Shown piece by piece: positions 38,964 to 48,804 of a stretch of 64,000 nt of DNA. Origin of the DNA: Candidatus Freyarchaeum deiterrae (GTDB lineage: Archaea; Asgardarchaeota; Jordiarchaeia; Jordiarchaeales; Jordiarchaeaceae). A model generated the notes under the pieces. The model was not told the origin of the DNA, ran no database searches, and saw nothing but the letters and a program-made list of their open reading frames with translations. Both the position numbers and the translations under genes were made by a program. The stretch is from positions 2,720,001 through 2,784,000 of the forward strand of contig CP147778.1 of assembly GCA_037305845.1 (NCBI GenBank), in the 5' to 3' direction. The stretch's first letter is position 1, and each line of letters begins with the position of its first letter.

Positions 38964-39722
38964 TTACAGAGCCAGTCGTCCACTTAGAATACTTTTAGCT
39001 ATCGAGAACGTTTCCCTAACCTCTTCAAAGGTGGCCACGCCAACAGCTGCCGAATCTATACCTTCACAGGAAAAAACATAATCCAAAGCCTCTCTGGGTT
39101 CAAGACGCCCGGCGGCTAAAGGCTTCATAGCTATAAATTTTTTCTCTCTTCTCAGAACCGTATCCATAACTTTTTCTTTTTTCCCCATAAGGTATCCGAG
39201 GGCGTTAAAGGGAAGTAAAACAACCTGAAAATCGAGTTTGCTTTCTAATAATTCGGGTAGGGTGCGATCCGGTTTATGGGTAGCCACACCGGGAATAAAC
39301 CCTGTATCTCTAATCTTTCCAAACCACGATTCTAATACCTTAAAGTTTAACCGGTCAGTTTCTTCGCCGTGAAGCAAAACAACTTTTGTGGGCAAGCTGC
39401 TCAGACAATCCAGTCCTTCCTCCGGTTTGTCGAAAGGTAGACCACCCACAATTACTAGTTCAACACCTGTCTCAACCTGAGCCTGTCTAACTGCCTCAGC
39501 AATTTCACGATAGGCAACAAGTTGAATCCCTCTCACTCCAACATTGATGGCTTCAATTACTAAATCTGTTATGTTGCGGGGATTCTCGAAAAATCGCTTA
39601 TAATACTGATAGGCCCGGACGCCGAACTGGCCGGCTCCTAGGAAAGGCGATGTTCCAAGGAGTATTCTGGGGATTCTTTCGCCCTCAACTTCAAAAGCTG
39701 GGAAGATTTCTTCAGTTTTCAC
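38964..39722 (-). CDS. Aldo/keto reductase-like TIM-barrel protein
   Basis: PRILLGTSPF, GVATH, LPFNALG, IAMKPLAAGRL. Confidence 0.7.
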   Translation of the reverse strand: MKTEEIFPAFEVEGERIPRILLGTSPFLGAGQFGVRAYQYYKRFFENPRNITDLVIEAINVGVRGIQLVAYREIAEAVRQAQVETGVELVIVGGLPFDKPEEGLDCLSSLPTKVVLLHGEETDRLNFKVLESWFGKIRDTGFIPGVATHKPDRTLPELLESKLDFQVVLLPFNALGYLMGKKEKVMDTVLRREKKFIAMKPLAAGRLEPREALDYVFSCEGIDSAAVGVATFEEVRETFSIAKSILSGRLAL

Positions 39723-39741
39723 TTCAGAACCTCTGAGTTTT

Positions 39742-40344
39742 TCAGGTGTACCTCTTGATTTCCACAATCATGTATTCCGAAACCAGTCTGCGTATCTCCG
39801 GCTTGAAAACATTGGGCACGATTTTCAGCCTGTCAACCAATCTGTCTACTATCGCATCAGTGGCTTCGACCTCGTTGAATATTTCAACTCCGAGAATGGT
39901 TCTTACCGTCAACTCTTCTACTGTTTGACGTACAACTGATGTTATTACGGAGTTTATGACTCCTTCCGGGTCAATATAATACGGGAAATGGCGGTAATCG
40001 TATATCCTTATAAATCCCAGTTTTTCTGACAGGTTCTCGGAGTACCACTCAAGCGAAGCGGGTTTGATTCCAATTTGATCTGCAAATTCCTGTTTGGAGG
40101 TGTGGTTAGCAAAAGAGAAGGGATTCCTACTCACCAGGTATATTGCTGCGGCGAACATGGCGTCTTCTTCTTTGGGTAATTTCGCAACTTTAAGGTACCT
40201 GTTGATCAAAGCGATGGCTCCAAAAGCCAGGGCGTCTCTGAAATCTTTTTTGACATAAAACTTGTAAGCCTCTTTCACGAGCCTTAGTTGTTCTGCTCCC
40301 TGAGCCGCAAGAAACTTTCCCTCCTGTGCGTCCCGGTAAACCAT
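39742..40344 (-). CDS. Hypothetical protein with TFIIB/cyclin-fold-like segment
   Basis: AAAIYLVSR...TSKQEFADQIGIKPASLEWYSENLSEKL resembles a TFB cyclin repeat HTH. Confidence 0.55.
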   Translation of the reverse strand: MVYRDAQEGKFLAAQGAEQLRLVKEAYKFYVKKDFRDALAFGAIALINRYLKVAKLPKEEDAMFAAAIYLVSRNPFSFANHTSKQEFADQIGIKPASLEWYSENLSEKLGFIRIYDYRHFPYYIDPEGVINSVITSVVRQTVEELTVRTILGVEIFNEVEATDAIVDRLVDRLKIVPNVFKPEIRRLVSEYMIVEIKRYT

Positions 40345-40610
40345 ATGGAATACCCCTTTTTTTTAAACCTTTTACATACTTATTATGCTAACTAGACATA
40401 AATCTTTCGAAAAGACACCAAAAACAAGAATGATAAATGTGATGATGGAATGAGTAAATATTGTATTTGTGACAAAAATTAAAGAAATTTTGCACTTTTC
40501 GAGTCTTAAACAGTCTAGGGTTAAACGAAGTAGGACAATTCTTAACCAGTAATAATACGTATTAAGCTGAAAAAGTTGGGTGCGAGTTTTAACCCTCTTC
40601 TGAAGGCTTG

Positions 40611-41135
40611 TTATCCTTGTTGATGGATTTTTTCAAAAGTCCAACGTACAGTGTTTTTTAGTTCATCGATTCTCTTTTGGTCACCGTAATTTTTTATTAC
40701 TATCTCTTGCAGAATATCCTCAGGTGCTTTGACTTTGAACTTGAAAACCTCTTTCTCGGTGAGCTGCTTATTCTTGACCAGTTCCTCGTCGGCTGCCACC
40801 ATTCCCGACAAAATCTTTCCAATTAGAAACGATGTGAAGGCGGGAGCTTTGACACTAAACTCAAAATCTAGATTCGGTTTGATTGAAATCGTATCTTTGG
40901 ATATAAGCATCTCCCCTAGCAACACGCCGTCCTTGGAAACAATTTGAAAAACCTCTTCCTCTCCCTCCTTTTTCTCCGTTTCCTCAACAACTTCAGCCGC
41001 CGTCTTGAAGCTCTCCTGCGCCAAAATTTCATCAATTGCTTTCAGAAACCTCTTTAAACGCTCAAGCTCGTCCTTTCTTCTCTCAATCTTTTCCTCAAGA
41101 TAGGCTTTCAGGTCAGCAAGACTTTCAACATCCAT
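40611..41135 (-). CDS. Conserved archaeal hypothetical protein with N-terminal coiled coil
   Basis: Heptad-rich N-terminus; SFKTAAE; IKNYG...RWTFEK. Confidence 0.7.
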   Translation of the reverse strand: MDVESLADLKAYLEEKIERRKDELERLKRFLKAIDEILAQESFKTAAEVVEETEKKEGEEEVFQIVSKDGVLLGEMLISKDTISIKPNLDFEFSVKAPAFTSFLIGKILSGMVAADEELVKNKQLTEKEVFKFKVKAPEDILQEIVIKNYGDQKRIDELKNTVRWTFEKIHQQG

Positions 41136-41398
41136 TTCACATAACCTCTATAACAGTCCTAAGGATTATAAGAAATACTTCACTCCTAATAAATAATACT
41201 AATAATTCAAGCAATTACTTATTTATGTTTCCAGCAAAAAATAAAAACCTGTTCTCAAAATTAGAACGGAACTCTGAAAAATCTAATAATTATCCCTACG
41301 CTAAACCGATAAAAACGTTAATTATTAAGTAGACCCTCTAAAATACAGATGTGTAAGTTTGGAATATGGAAAAAACAGAACATTTTGGAGGAAGATAG

Positions 41399-42133
41399 TT
41401 GAAACAGGTGTACGCGATTTTTATGTGCCCTAAATGTGGCAGGTATACTTTCTCGCCAGCAGGGCAGAAAACAAGGCTGTGCGGCAACTGCGGTAGTATA
41501 ATAAAAGTTGACCCAATGAACTCCCAGATTGTTAACGATTCAAAAGAAGCTTCGATGCTGGTACGAAAGTACAACGCTGGAAAAGACTCTAAAAGCTTCC
41601 TCCAAGCCGTGGAAGCATCACGAAAAGAAGTGGAAAAACTCCTCCCAAAAGAATCAGTAAAAATCGATGAGCTAACCGAAGAAGAAGAAACAATTTCCAG
41701 CTCAAGAATCCAGAGACTCACTCTCCTCCTAAGAGAAAACTGCATCAAGGAACCAGTAAGCTTCGACCAAATTGAAGAACTATGCCAAAAATACAAGTTA
41801 GACTTCGAATGGGTAAAAGAAAGACTAACCCAGCTCGGAAAAGAAGGAAACATAATATTCCCAACACCCTGGACAGTGAAGTACATCGGCACCGCAGACT
41901 CGGGATACACAGCCATATCCAAAACCACCAGACCCCAAATGCAGATAAAAGGAGCCAGCAAAGCCCTCACAAAAATACTAACCCAATCAAAAGAACCACT
42001 AGCCGAAAAAGAAATAATGCAAAAAATGGAAATCGCAGGATACAACCCCGAAGAAACCCAAGAAACCCTAAAAAAACTCCACAAGTCCGGCGAAATAATA
42101 GAACCCCGACCAGGATACTACCACACAGTATAA
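41399..42133 (+). CDS. DUF1922-like Zn-ribbon protein with two winged-helix-like domains
   Basis: CPKCG...KTRLCGNCG; repeated L.K.G.II.P.PG-type wing motifs. Confidence 0.7.
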   Translation: MKQVYAIFMCPKCGRYTFSPAGQKTRLCGNCGSIIKVDPMNSQIVNDSKEASMLVRKYNAGKDSKSFLQAVEASRKEVEKLLPKESVKIDELTEEEETISSSRIQRLTLLLRENCIKEPVSFDQIEELCQKYKLDFEWVKERLTQLGKEGNIIFPTPWTVKYIGTADSGYTAISKTTRPQMQIKGASKALTKILTQSKEPLAEKEIMQKMEIAGYNPEETQETLKKLHKSGEIIEPRPGYYHTV

Positions 42134-42242
42134 ACCAAAAACCAGATCATGTTTATGCTAAGATTTGAAAAGAGCAAAATGAAAACAGATCTATAATTAA
42201 ATGCAAACTCCGGCAAATAAAAAAAGGAAGGGAAAGGAGAGT

Positions 42243-42881
42243 TTATGCTTCCGTGCCGTAGAAAACAATTGCCCACAGTAGAAAAGCGGTAAACACCAGC
42301 CCCGAACCAATGATGATAGTGAGTCCTAAAATGTAAAGAATGAATGCGCTACCTCCAATTATGCCCAGAATCCCTCCAGCCTTCGCCGCTCCTGGTTTTG
42401 TCGTGAAGTCACCCATGACAATGCTAGCAGAACCCATTATAATGAAGCTGACACCGAGTATAATAAAGGCTATCCAATTTATGATAAGAGAATTTGAAGC
42501 ATAATTTTGTAAGAAGCCGATACTGGGGTTTGTAAACAAGCCTATGATTATTAGTATTGCAGCAGACACTCCTCCTATTATACCGAATACGAGGCCTACG
42601 ACACCCATCGCTTTTTGGCTAACCGTATACTCACCGTAAAAACCTACACCGGTCAAAATACTGGAAACAGCTAGAAGCGCCACGAAAAGAATAGTAAAGA
42701 CAATTATAATCATAGAAACTCCTGTATAAAAAGGCAGAGCGATCATAATACTGCCTACTATTATAGGAATGAGTTGATAGCTCTGAAAGGCAATAAGGAT
42801 AAACCATATGATTCCTATGCCTGCCGCTATGGTGCCTATTATTCCTCCTGCGGTTCCTGTCAATAATGCTCCTCTACCCAT
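42243..42881 (-). CDS. Multi-pass membrane protein (about 6 TM)
   Basis: Gly-rich hydrophobic helices throughout. Confidence 0.75.
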   Translation of the reverse strand: MGRGALLTGTAGGIIGTIAAGIGIIWFILIAFQSYQLIPIIVGSIMIALPFYTGVSMIIIVFTILFVALLAVSSILTGVGFYGEYTVSQKAMGVVGLVFGIIGGVSAAILIIIGLFTNPSIGFLQNYASNSLIINWIAFIILGVSFIIMGSASIVMGDFTTKPGAAKAGGILGIIGGSAFILYILGLTIIIGSGLVFTAFLLWAIVFYGTEA

Positions 42882-43153
42882 TCTAAAACCTCCTGTAGAA
42901 CTTTTCAGTAGATTTTATTCTAACCTTTATCCCTGCAATCATATATAAGTATGCTTTTGAGCAATCACATAACATATAATTGGTTAGTGGTCTATTCACC
43001 TACCGCTTCTTCGCTCCCAACTCCGAACTCCCCAAGTTGTTTATTGTTTTGATTATGTCAATTTCGAAAAAATTAGGTGGCGAACTTTTTTGCATCAAAA
43101 ATTTTGCTTCTTTTCCGAAGGAGTTCTAATCAAGTTTGAAATTAAGAAAAATG

Positions 43154-43876
43154 TTATTCTAGTATTTTGGGTTTCCTTCTCATTGGTTTAAAGTAGTTTC
43201 CAACCCTTTCAACTAATCTGACATGGGTAATGAGCGTTGACTCCTTTGCTCTGCTAGAGAACCATAGGTGGGGAGGGTTATCGGTGATAGTAATTCTCAC
43301 GAAATCGTCGCCCAGCTTGTTCATCATTTTCATGAATTCACCGTCTTGGAATAATCCCTCAACTCTATCCGGTTCAGAAGCCTTCACTATGTATTTTTTA
43401 TTCATTTTTGAGGTTTCGACTTTCTTTAAATCTTTAAGAACCATTTCATCTTCCTTTGTAATCTTCTTACTGGCAGAATTAATGATTTCAAGTTGAAGCT
43501 TAGGCCTAGATATGAAGCTAGCTTTTGTGAGGAGCATATCATAATTAGGTCTGAACCGCGAGATTATGTGGTGGATGAGGTTCTCTCTATTTATCAGGTA
43601 GAGTTCTATTTTCCAGTCCCTAAGCTGAACATCACTCTTGGTGGTTAGAAGATTTATTACAAAACCGCTGGTTCTGAAAATTTGCATTTTGCTTTTTTCA
43701 TACTTTTTACCGAGCTCTGTTTTCAGAATAGCTCCAAACCTATTTATTAGCATCTTGTTGTATCTCCGCCCCCAAACAAATACTCCCACCAAAACTCCAA
43801 AGATACCTATTATGACAAATAATGCAATCGTACTGTAGAAATCTATAGCACTGGCGATATCAGACACGAAAGCCAC
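43154..43876 (-). CDS. Single-pass membrane protein, CCDC47/DUF1682-like
   Basis: TM followed by WGRRYN...L.L..RENLI..I.....P.YD.L pattern. Confidence 0.5.
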   Translation of the reverse strand: MAFVSDIASAIDFYSTIALFVIIGIFGVLVGVFVWGRRYNKMLINRFGAILKTELGKKYEKSKMQIFRTSGFVINLLTTKSDVQLRDWKIELYLINRENLIHHIISRFRPNYDMLLTKASFISRPKLQLEIINSASKKITKEDEMVLKDLKKVETSKMNKKYIVKASEPDRVEGLFQDGEFMKMMNKLGDDFVRITITDNPPHLWFSSRAKESTLITHVRLVERVGNYFKPMRRKPKILE

Positions 43877-44145
43877 CTCTCAAACATCATAAATCAAACC
43901 CCTTTAAAACTTTTACTAAAAACAAAACCAATTTGCCTGAGTTAACCAATAAACGATTAGGCGGCGGCGTAATTATTAATGAGCTTAGAAACTCTATACA
44001 TTCTGGGAAGTTACAAGCATTTTTCCTGCTGCGATTCTATCATAGACTAGCCAAAAGAAACAAAATCGTTTAATTCCTTCCCAAATATAAATAAATAACA
44101 AAAGGTTTAATAGAACAAATGTAAAAAATTGTTGGAGTGATATTT

Positions 44146-44769
44146 ATGAAACCAATTCTAAACGTTATAGGCGTAGTCGGCGGAGCTACAGGAATCGCTG
44201 CTACCGTTGTAGGAATCTTCTGGTTGCAACTATACAACACTTTCAAACCCCTGATAGTAATACCATATGACCCTGGATACGCTCTATTCCCATTTGTTAC
44301 GTTAATCTTTGTAGCTGTTGCATCAGCAACTCTGGTTCTACTGGGAGTTAGCTACATGAACTTAAAGCATTATGCAGGAATCGCTGGCGCGCTATTAGGA
44401 ATTCTAGGAGGATTTACAAACGTAGGCGTATGGCTGTCAAACATGAATCAAATTTCAAGTACGAGCACAATTCAATTCCCGACGCTAATATATGTAGATA
44501 GTCAACCAATAGTATTACTTATAAGCACTTTACAGAACACAACGATCTACCTCATATTGCCCATAACCCTAGCTATACTCGCCGTTTTGGGCGTAATCCT
44601 AGTGATAAAAAATAAAGCAACTATACCGGAATTTGCAATAGTGGGAGGAGTGCTACTTCCAATAGCAGCAGTTTTAACATTCTTATGGAATTACGGGCTT
44701 CTTATCCTAATCGGAGGCTTCCCCATAGTAGCATACAGCCTCTATCAAATAGAACCATTAGTAAAATAG
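44146..44769 (+). CDS. Multi-pass membrane protein, similar to 42243-42881
   Basis: GVVGGATGIAATVVGIFW versus GTAGGIIGTIAAGIGIIW. Confidence 0.7.
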   Translation: MKPILNVIGVVGGATGIAATVVGIFWLQLYNTFKPLIVIPYDPGYALFPFVTLIFVAVASATLVLLGVSYMNLKHYAGIAGALLGILGGFTNVGVWLSNMNQISSTSTIQFPTLIYVDSQPIVLLISTLQNTTIYLILPITLAILAVLGVILVIKNKATIPEFAIVGGVLLPIAAVLTFLWNYGLLILIGGFPIVAYSLYQIEPLVK

Positions 44770-44972
44770 AAAAAGTAGCAAGCTAAGGAAAACATACCAT
44801 CCATACGCGTGATAAGACGCTGAGAAATTCGCAGATCAACTCTCGGTTAAATGATAATAGTAAAGCCTCTTGAAAATTATAATACGTATAAAATAGCGCC
44901 TTAATAATTAGGTTATACTCAAAATCTCCTTCTTTTATTGTTTTTAAAAACTTGAAATTGTAAACGATGTAA

Positions 44973-45863
44973 TTAATCTTTATATTTGCCGGTTAGCCAG
45001 TTTACCTTCTTTTTACAAACTGGGCATGTGTCCAATCCTGGATCGACATTAACTGTACTTCCGCAGGCTGGGCACACCATTTCAACTTTTTCTCCTATGA
45101 TGAATCCCGCTGGGTTTTTCTTGAATTCTTCTTCCTTTTTTCTTTTTTTAGCATCGTCCCTATCCTTCATCATTTGAGACATCTTTCCCGTAAGTGATGT
45201 GTCTTGTTTCGTTTTGCCCGCTTCTACTTCCTCTTTGGCTACGGCTTTGGAAGTGGTTTTAGTGGAGGTGGCTTTGGATTGGGAGCCTGGTTCTGGTGGA
45301 TTTAGTACGCTCCATATTTTTTTGGATAGTGATTTTTGCTTAACTTTTCCTGTTGTGGTTGTCTCTTCTCCTTGCATTATGATATCGTAGGCGGGGATGT
45401 TTTCATCTTCATCTGCTTGGGCTCTTTCAGCTACCGTTAGAGGTATAGGCTTTAGTTCCATTTGTTTATAGTTTTTGATTAGCCTTATCAGTCTGCTCAT
45501 GTCTTCGGTTTCCATACCCTTAATAGCAATGTGATCCGATTTGAATGACGACCATTTACTCTCCTTTGGGTATTTTATTTCTAGGTGTTTTTCCATTAGT
45601 CCTCCAATTGATACATCCTCTATATTTTCGAAGAAGACGCTGAATCCTCCGAATATATCCTCCTCTGGAGAGGTGCTCATTATCTTAGCTAAGGTTCCCT
45701 TGTCTCCATAAAATATGACGCGCATGTTCGTCAAATACAAGTCGCCTTTATTGGTTTGGAGGTTGAACTCATCGGATTCTCCGACACTTATACCGTGTAC
45801 GACATGTAACAGTTTTTCACCTTTGAGCAGAAATGGGGGAGTTTTTCCATGAATTTTTATCAT
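44973..45863 (-). CDS. PH-GRAM/GLUE-like domain protein with C-terminal Zn ribbon
   Basis: LLKGEKLL...KGDLYLTNMRVIF...F..IEDV; C-terminal CPACG...CPVCK. Confidence 0.7.
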   Translation of the reverse strand: MIKIHGKTPPFLLKGEKLLHVVHGISVGESDEFNLQTNKGDLYLTNMRVIFYGDKGTLAKIMSTSPEEDIFGGFSVFFENIEDVSIGGLMEKHLEIKYPKESKWSSFKSDHIAIKGMETEDMSRLIRLIKNYKQMELKPIPLTVAERAQADEDENIPAYDIIMQGEETTTTGKVKQKSLSKKIWSVLNPPEPGSQSKATSTKTTSKAVAKEEVEAGKTKQDTSLTGKMSQMMKDRDDAKKRKKEEEFKKNPAGFIIGEKVEMVCPACGSTVNVDPGLDTCPVCKKKVNWLTGKYKD

Positions 45864-45944
45864 TTCTCTTTCCCTTCATCCATTATTTAAATAGAAGATT
45901 TTATCCACAATAATTATGAACCTTCCTACATATAAAAATACAGT

Positions 45945-46796
45945 TTACGGCACGGTCAATTCGACTTTGACCCAATCGCTGGTTCTTCCCTGCTCCCCTT
46001 TAAGCACTCTAAGACTTGGAGGGTTATCACGTGTCTCAATAACTAGGGAAAAGGCGTCCATGATAAAGTCTCGAGTTTTATTATCAAGTATCTCTGATTC
46101 AAACATAGCTATTTGCAGCAGACTACGAAGGTTTAATTTATCCATACTTTCTTCTAATTCTAGGACTTTTTTTGGAAGCAAAGCTTCTTCCTTAAAATAC
46201 TTCAGAATCGAGTCTCTAATAATTAGAAGTCCCTCGCGTCCCTCATTCTGCGAGTTTTCTACCATGCCTCTCAGCATATTTACTAGCTGATACTCCTCAC
46301 TAACTTTTTCATAAAAATTGGCAATATCATCAACTACGCATGAGGCCCCCCCGATGTTCTTAATCATTTTTCCAATGGTATTCAGCCGCGCGCCCTTACC
46401 AGTATAATAGACTGATTTAATATTCCTCTTATTAGCTGTAAAAATTACGTTAATGGCTAGATAAGTCATGGTTCTCGGCTCACCAATGACCGCAACATGG
46501 TCTGGGCACTGAAACCCACCACACAAAAGCAAATCTAAATCGGTTACACCACTCGAAATCCTGTTAGGAATTGATCTTGCAACATCTGCGAGCTTATCAC
46601 AGGCTGTAATTACTAGGTCTTCGGTTATCGGCTCACACCATAATCCTTTACAAATAGGTACAGAATAATCCAAGGCGCATCTAGTCAGCCTACCCTCTTC
46701 CGAAATCAAGTAGCGGCAAGGCTTATCATAGGAGAATCCCAAGCAACTGACCAGTATTTCCGCGATGGACTTTAGCAACAATAACTTTCTCCTCAA
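45945..46796 (-). CDS. Degenerate KaiC/RAD55-like protein with Cys-rich N-terminal domain
   Basis: RISSGVTDLDLLLCGGF, IGEPRTMT (no GKT), LRVLK; start uncertain. Confidence 0.65.
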   Translation of the reverse strand: MRRKLLLLKSIAEILVSCLGFSYDKPCRYLISEEGRLTRCALDYSVPICKGLWCEPITEDLVITACDKLADVARSIPNRISSGVTDLDLLLCGGFQCPDHVAVIGEPRTMTYLAINVIFTANKRNIKSVYYTGKGARLNTIGKMIKNIGGASCVVDDIANFYEKVSEEYQLVNMLRGMVENSQNEGREGLLIIRDSILKYFKEEALLPKKVLELEESMDKLNLRSLLQIAMFESEILDNKTRDFIMDAFSLVIETRDNPPSLRVLKGEQGRTSDWVKVELTVP

Positions 46797-47429
46797 TATT
46801 CAATATTATTTTGACTGTGAAAAGCTTTTTCACTTTGAGACACAGAGCTTGTGTACGTTTTTTGGTAATGCGCTCAATATATATTCATCCTTGCTCCTTT
46901 CTCTCTTGTATTAATAACCCCCACCGTTTTTATTATTTGTAACGGCTTAGGTGATTTCTCCATTCCTGACATTGGAATTATTCCTATTTTAATTGTCATA
47001 AGGAAATGTTTTTCCCTTTAAAAATTTATCTCACCACTTTTTCGTTTGACATTTTATTTCTAATAATATTATTTATTGAAAACTTTACAAAAGATATATC
47101 TTCTAAATATTTTTTGGGAATTTATAGCAAAATGCAACATAAATTATACATTCACCATAAATACCAAATTTTGAAAAATCGCTTTAAATAGCAAAGATGA
47201 TTACACACCGCTAAAAGGTATTTATAAATCTGTAAACAGGATGGCTTTTTTCCATACAAAGATGCAGCTTTTTTTTTAACCTTTTTCTTATTCATATTCG
47301 TGTAAAGTTAAGCCGCCCCAAATAGAACAGCATGTACATACACGGCATCCTTGAGTGCTAAGAGGCCGGTTTATTACTAGTGATTGTAACGGAAATCTTA
47401 GTATGTGGGCGGGGGTGGTTTCTCCATTT

Positions 47430-47918
47430 CTATTCTGGTGCGGGAAAGCCTAGTTCTGCCATGTGATCGAATCCGGTTTTGAAGTTCATCATTAGCTTTC
47501 TTACTTCTTCTTCGATTTCACCAGCCTTCATAATTGGATCGAAGGATTCGCTGTGTTCTCTTATTTCAATTAAGCAATCTGATACTGCATCGATTTCTCT
47601 TCTTATCATTTCTCTGACTTCATCGCAGAGGCGCATCATTCCATCCACGATGACTGCAGTTTCCTCCTGTTTTATGGTGCCTTTCAAATCTTCTAATCTC
47701 AGTGAAAGTTTGTCACACTTGTGCATTCTTTCAGCCAAAAACTCGCTCCTAAAATTCTCACACCATTGCATAAATTCTTTCACACTCATCTTATGGGCTT
47801 CGTATGGTGAAAGGTAAGCGGTTTGAGGACCGAACTCATTGATCTCGTAATCCTTCAATTCTTGAAAAGCTTTAACAACGAACGTCCACATATCCATAGT
47901 TACAGACACAAAATTCAC
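47430..47918 (-). CDS. Hypothetical alpha-helical protein
   Basis: 162-aa ORF downstream of the CoA-transferase genes. Confidence 0.65.
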   Translation of the reverse strand: MNFVSVTMDMWTFVVKAFQELKDYEINEFGPQTAYLSPYEAHKMSVKEFMQWCENFRSEFLAERMHKCDKLSLRLEDLKGTIKQEETAVIVDGMMRLCDEVREMIRREIDAVSDCLIEIREHSESFDPIMKAGEIEEEVRKLMMNFKTGFDHMAELGFPAPE

Positions 47919-47944
47919 TCCTAACCCCTTTTAACTAAATTAAA

Positions 47945-48802
47945 CTATCTTGAAGTTTCAATTTCAATTATTTTATCAAAAAGCTCATCCCTTTTTTCTG
48001 CGGGCAAAAACTCTAAAAGCCTAATACCAAGTGGATCGATTTCCTCCCTTATCACTCTTATTTGTTCTTTTGTCGGAGGTTCTGTTATAGGCACATCCTT
48101 TGGGATAATTAGTTCAAAGCCTGTTTTTTCTCGGATTTCTTCCCTAGTTACCCCAGGGTGCAAAGAAACAACTTTCATACGCTTGGTTTTCTCGTCAAAA
48201 CCCAGCACAGCGAGATCTGTGATTATGTGGTAGGGTCCTTTGCCCGGAAATCCCATTTGCTCTCTAGTGGTTTTTCCGTCGAGGAATCCGACCCCGCTGA
48301 CGAAATCAATCTTGGGCACAAAGCATCTCCTATCATGGCGGGGGACATACAGTAGAATTTTCTTGTACGTGATCGAAACCTCAGGTATCCCGGCGTGTCC
48401 TGGAAGGCGAACCTTTGGGGAGTGCCATTCACCTATGCAGGTATTGTTGAAGTTTCCGTACATGTCTATTTGGGCGGGTCTGAAGTACTCTACGTTTACT
48501 CTTCCAGATGGTAAATGTTCCGCGGTGACCTCGCCGCTGTGCTGAAAACGTATAGCCCAAGTATTAACATATTTCTCAAAGTATAGCAGCGAAACGGGAC
48601 GTGTTTCGAGAACATATGTGTTACCCATGTGAAACATTGGTGTACTGTTTGGAGCGTGAGTTTTTTTAGCCAATAGGTAAGCGTTAGTCACAAGAGGGGT
48701 AGCTATACCCTGAGCCAGAACATCGTAGTCCTTAATCTCTCTCGCCATACAAACAACAACCATCTCATCCGCCGTAAAGTCCTCAGAATACATTTTCACC
48801 AC
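47945..48802 (-). CDS. CoA-transferase beta subunit (glutaconate CoA-transferase-like)
   Basis: AQIDMYGNFN, RLPG, FVPKIDF, ITDLAVLGFD, SLHPGV. Confidence 0.9.
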   Translation of the reverse strand: MVKMYSEDFTADEMVVVCMAREIKDYDVLAQGIATPLVTNAYLLAKKTHAPNSTPMFHMGNTYVLETRPVSLLYFEKYVNTWAIRFQHSGEVTAEHLPSGRVNVEYFRPAQIDMYGNFNNTCIGEWHSPKVRLPGHAGIPEVSITYKKILLYVPRHDRRCFVPKIDFVSGVGFLDGKTTREQMGFPGKGPYHIITDLAVLGFDEKTKRMKVVSLHPGVTREEIREKTGFELIIPKDVPITEPPTKEQIRVIREEIDPLGIRLLEFLPAEKRDELFDKIIEIETSR

Positions 48803-48804
48803 TC

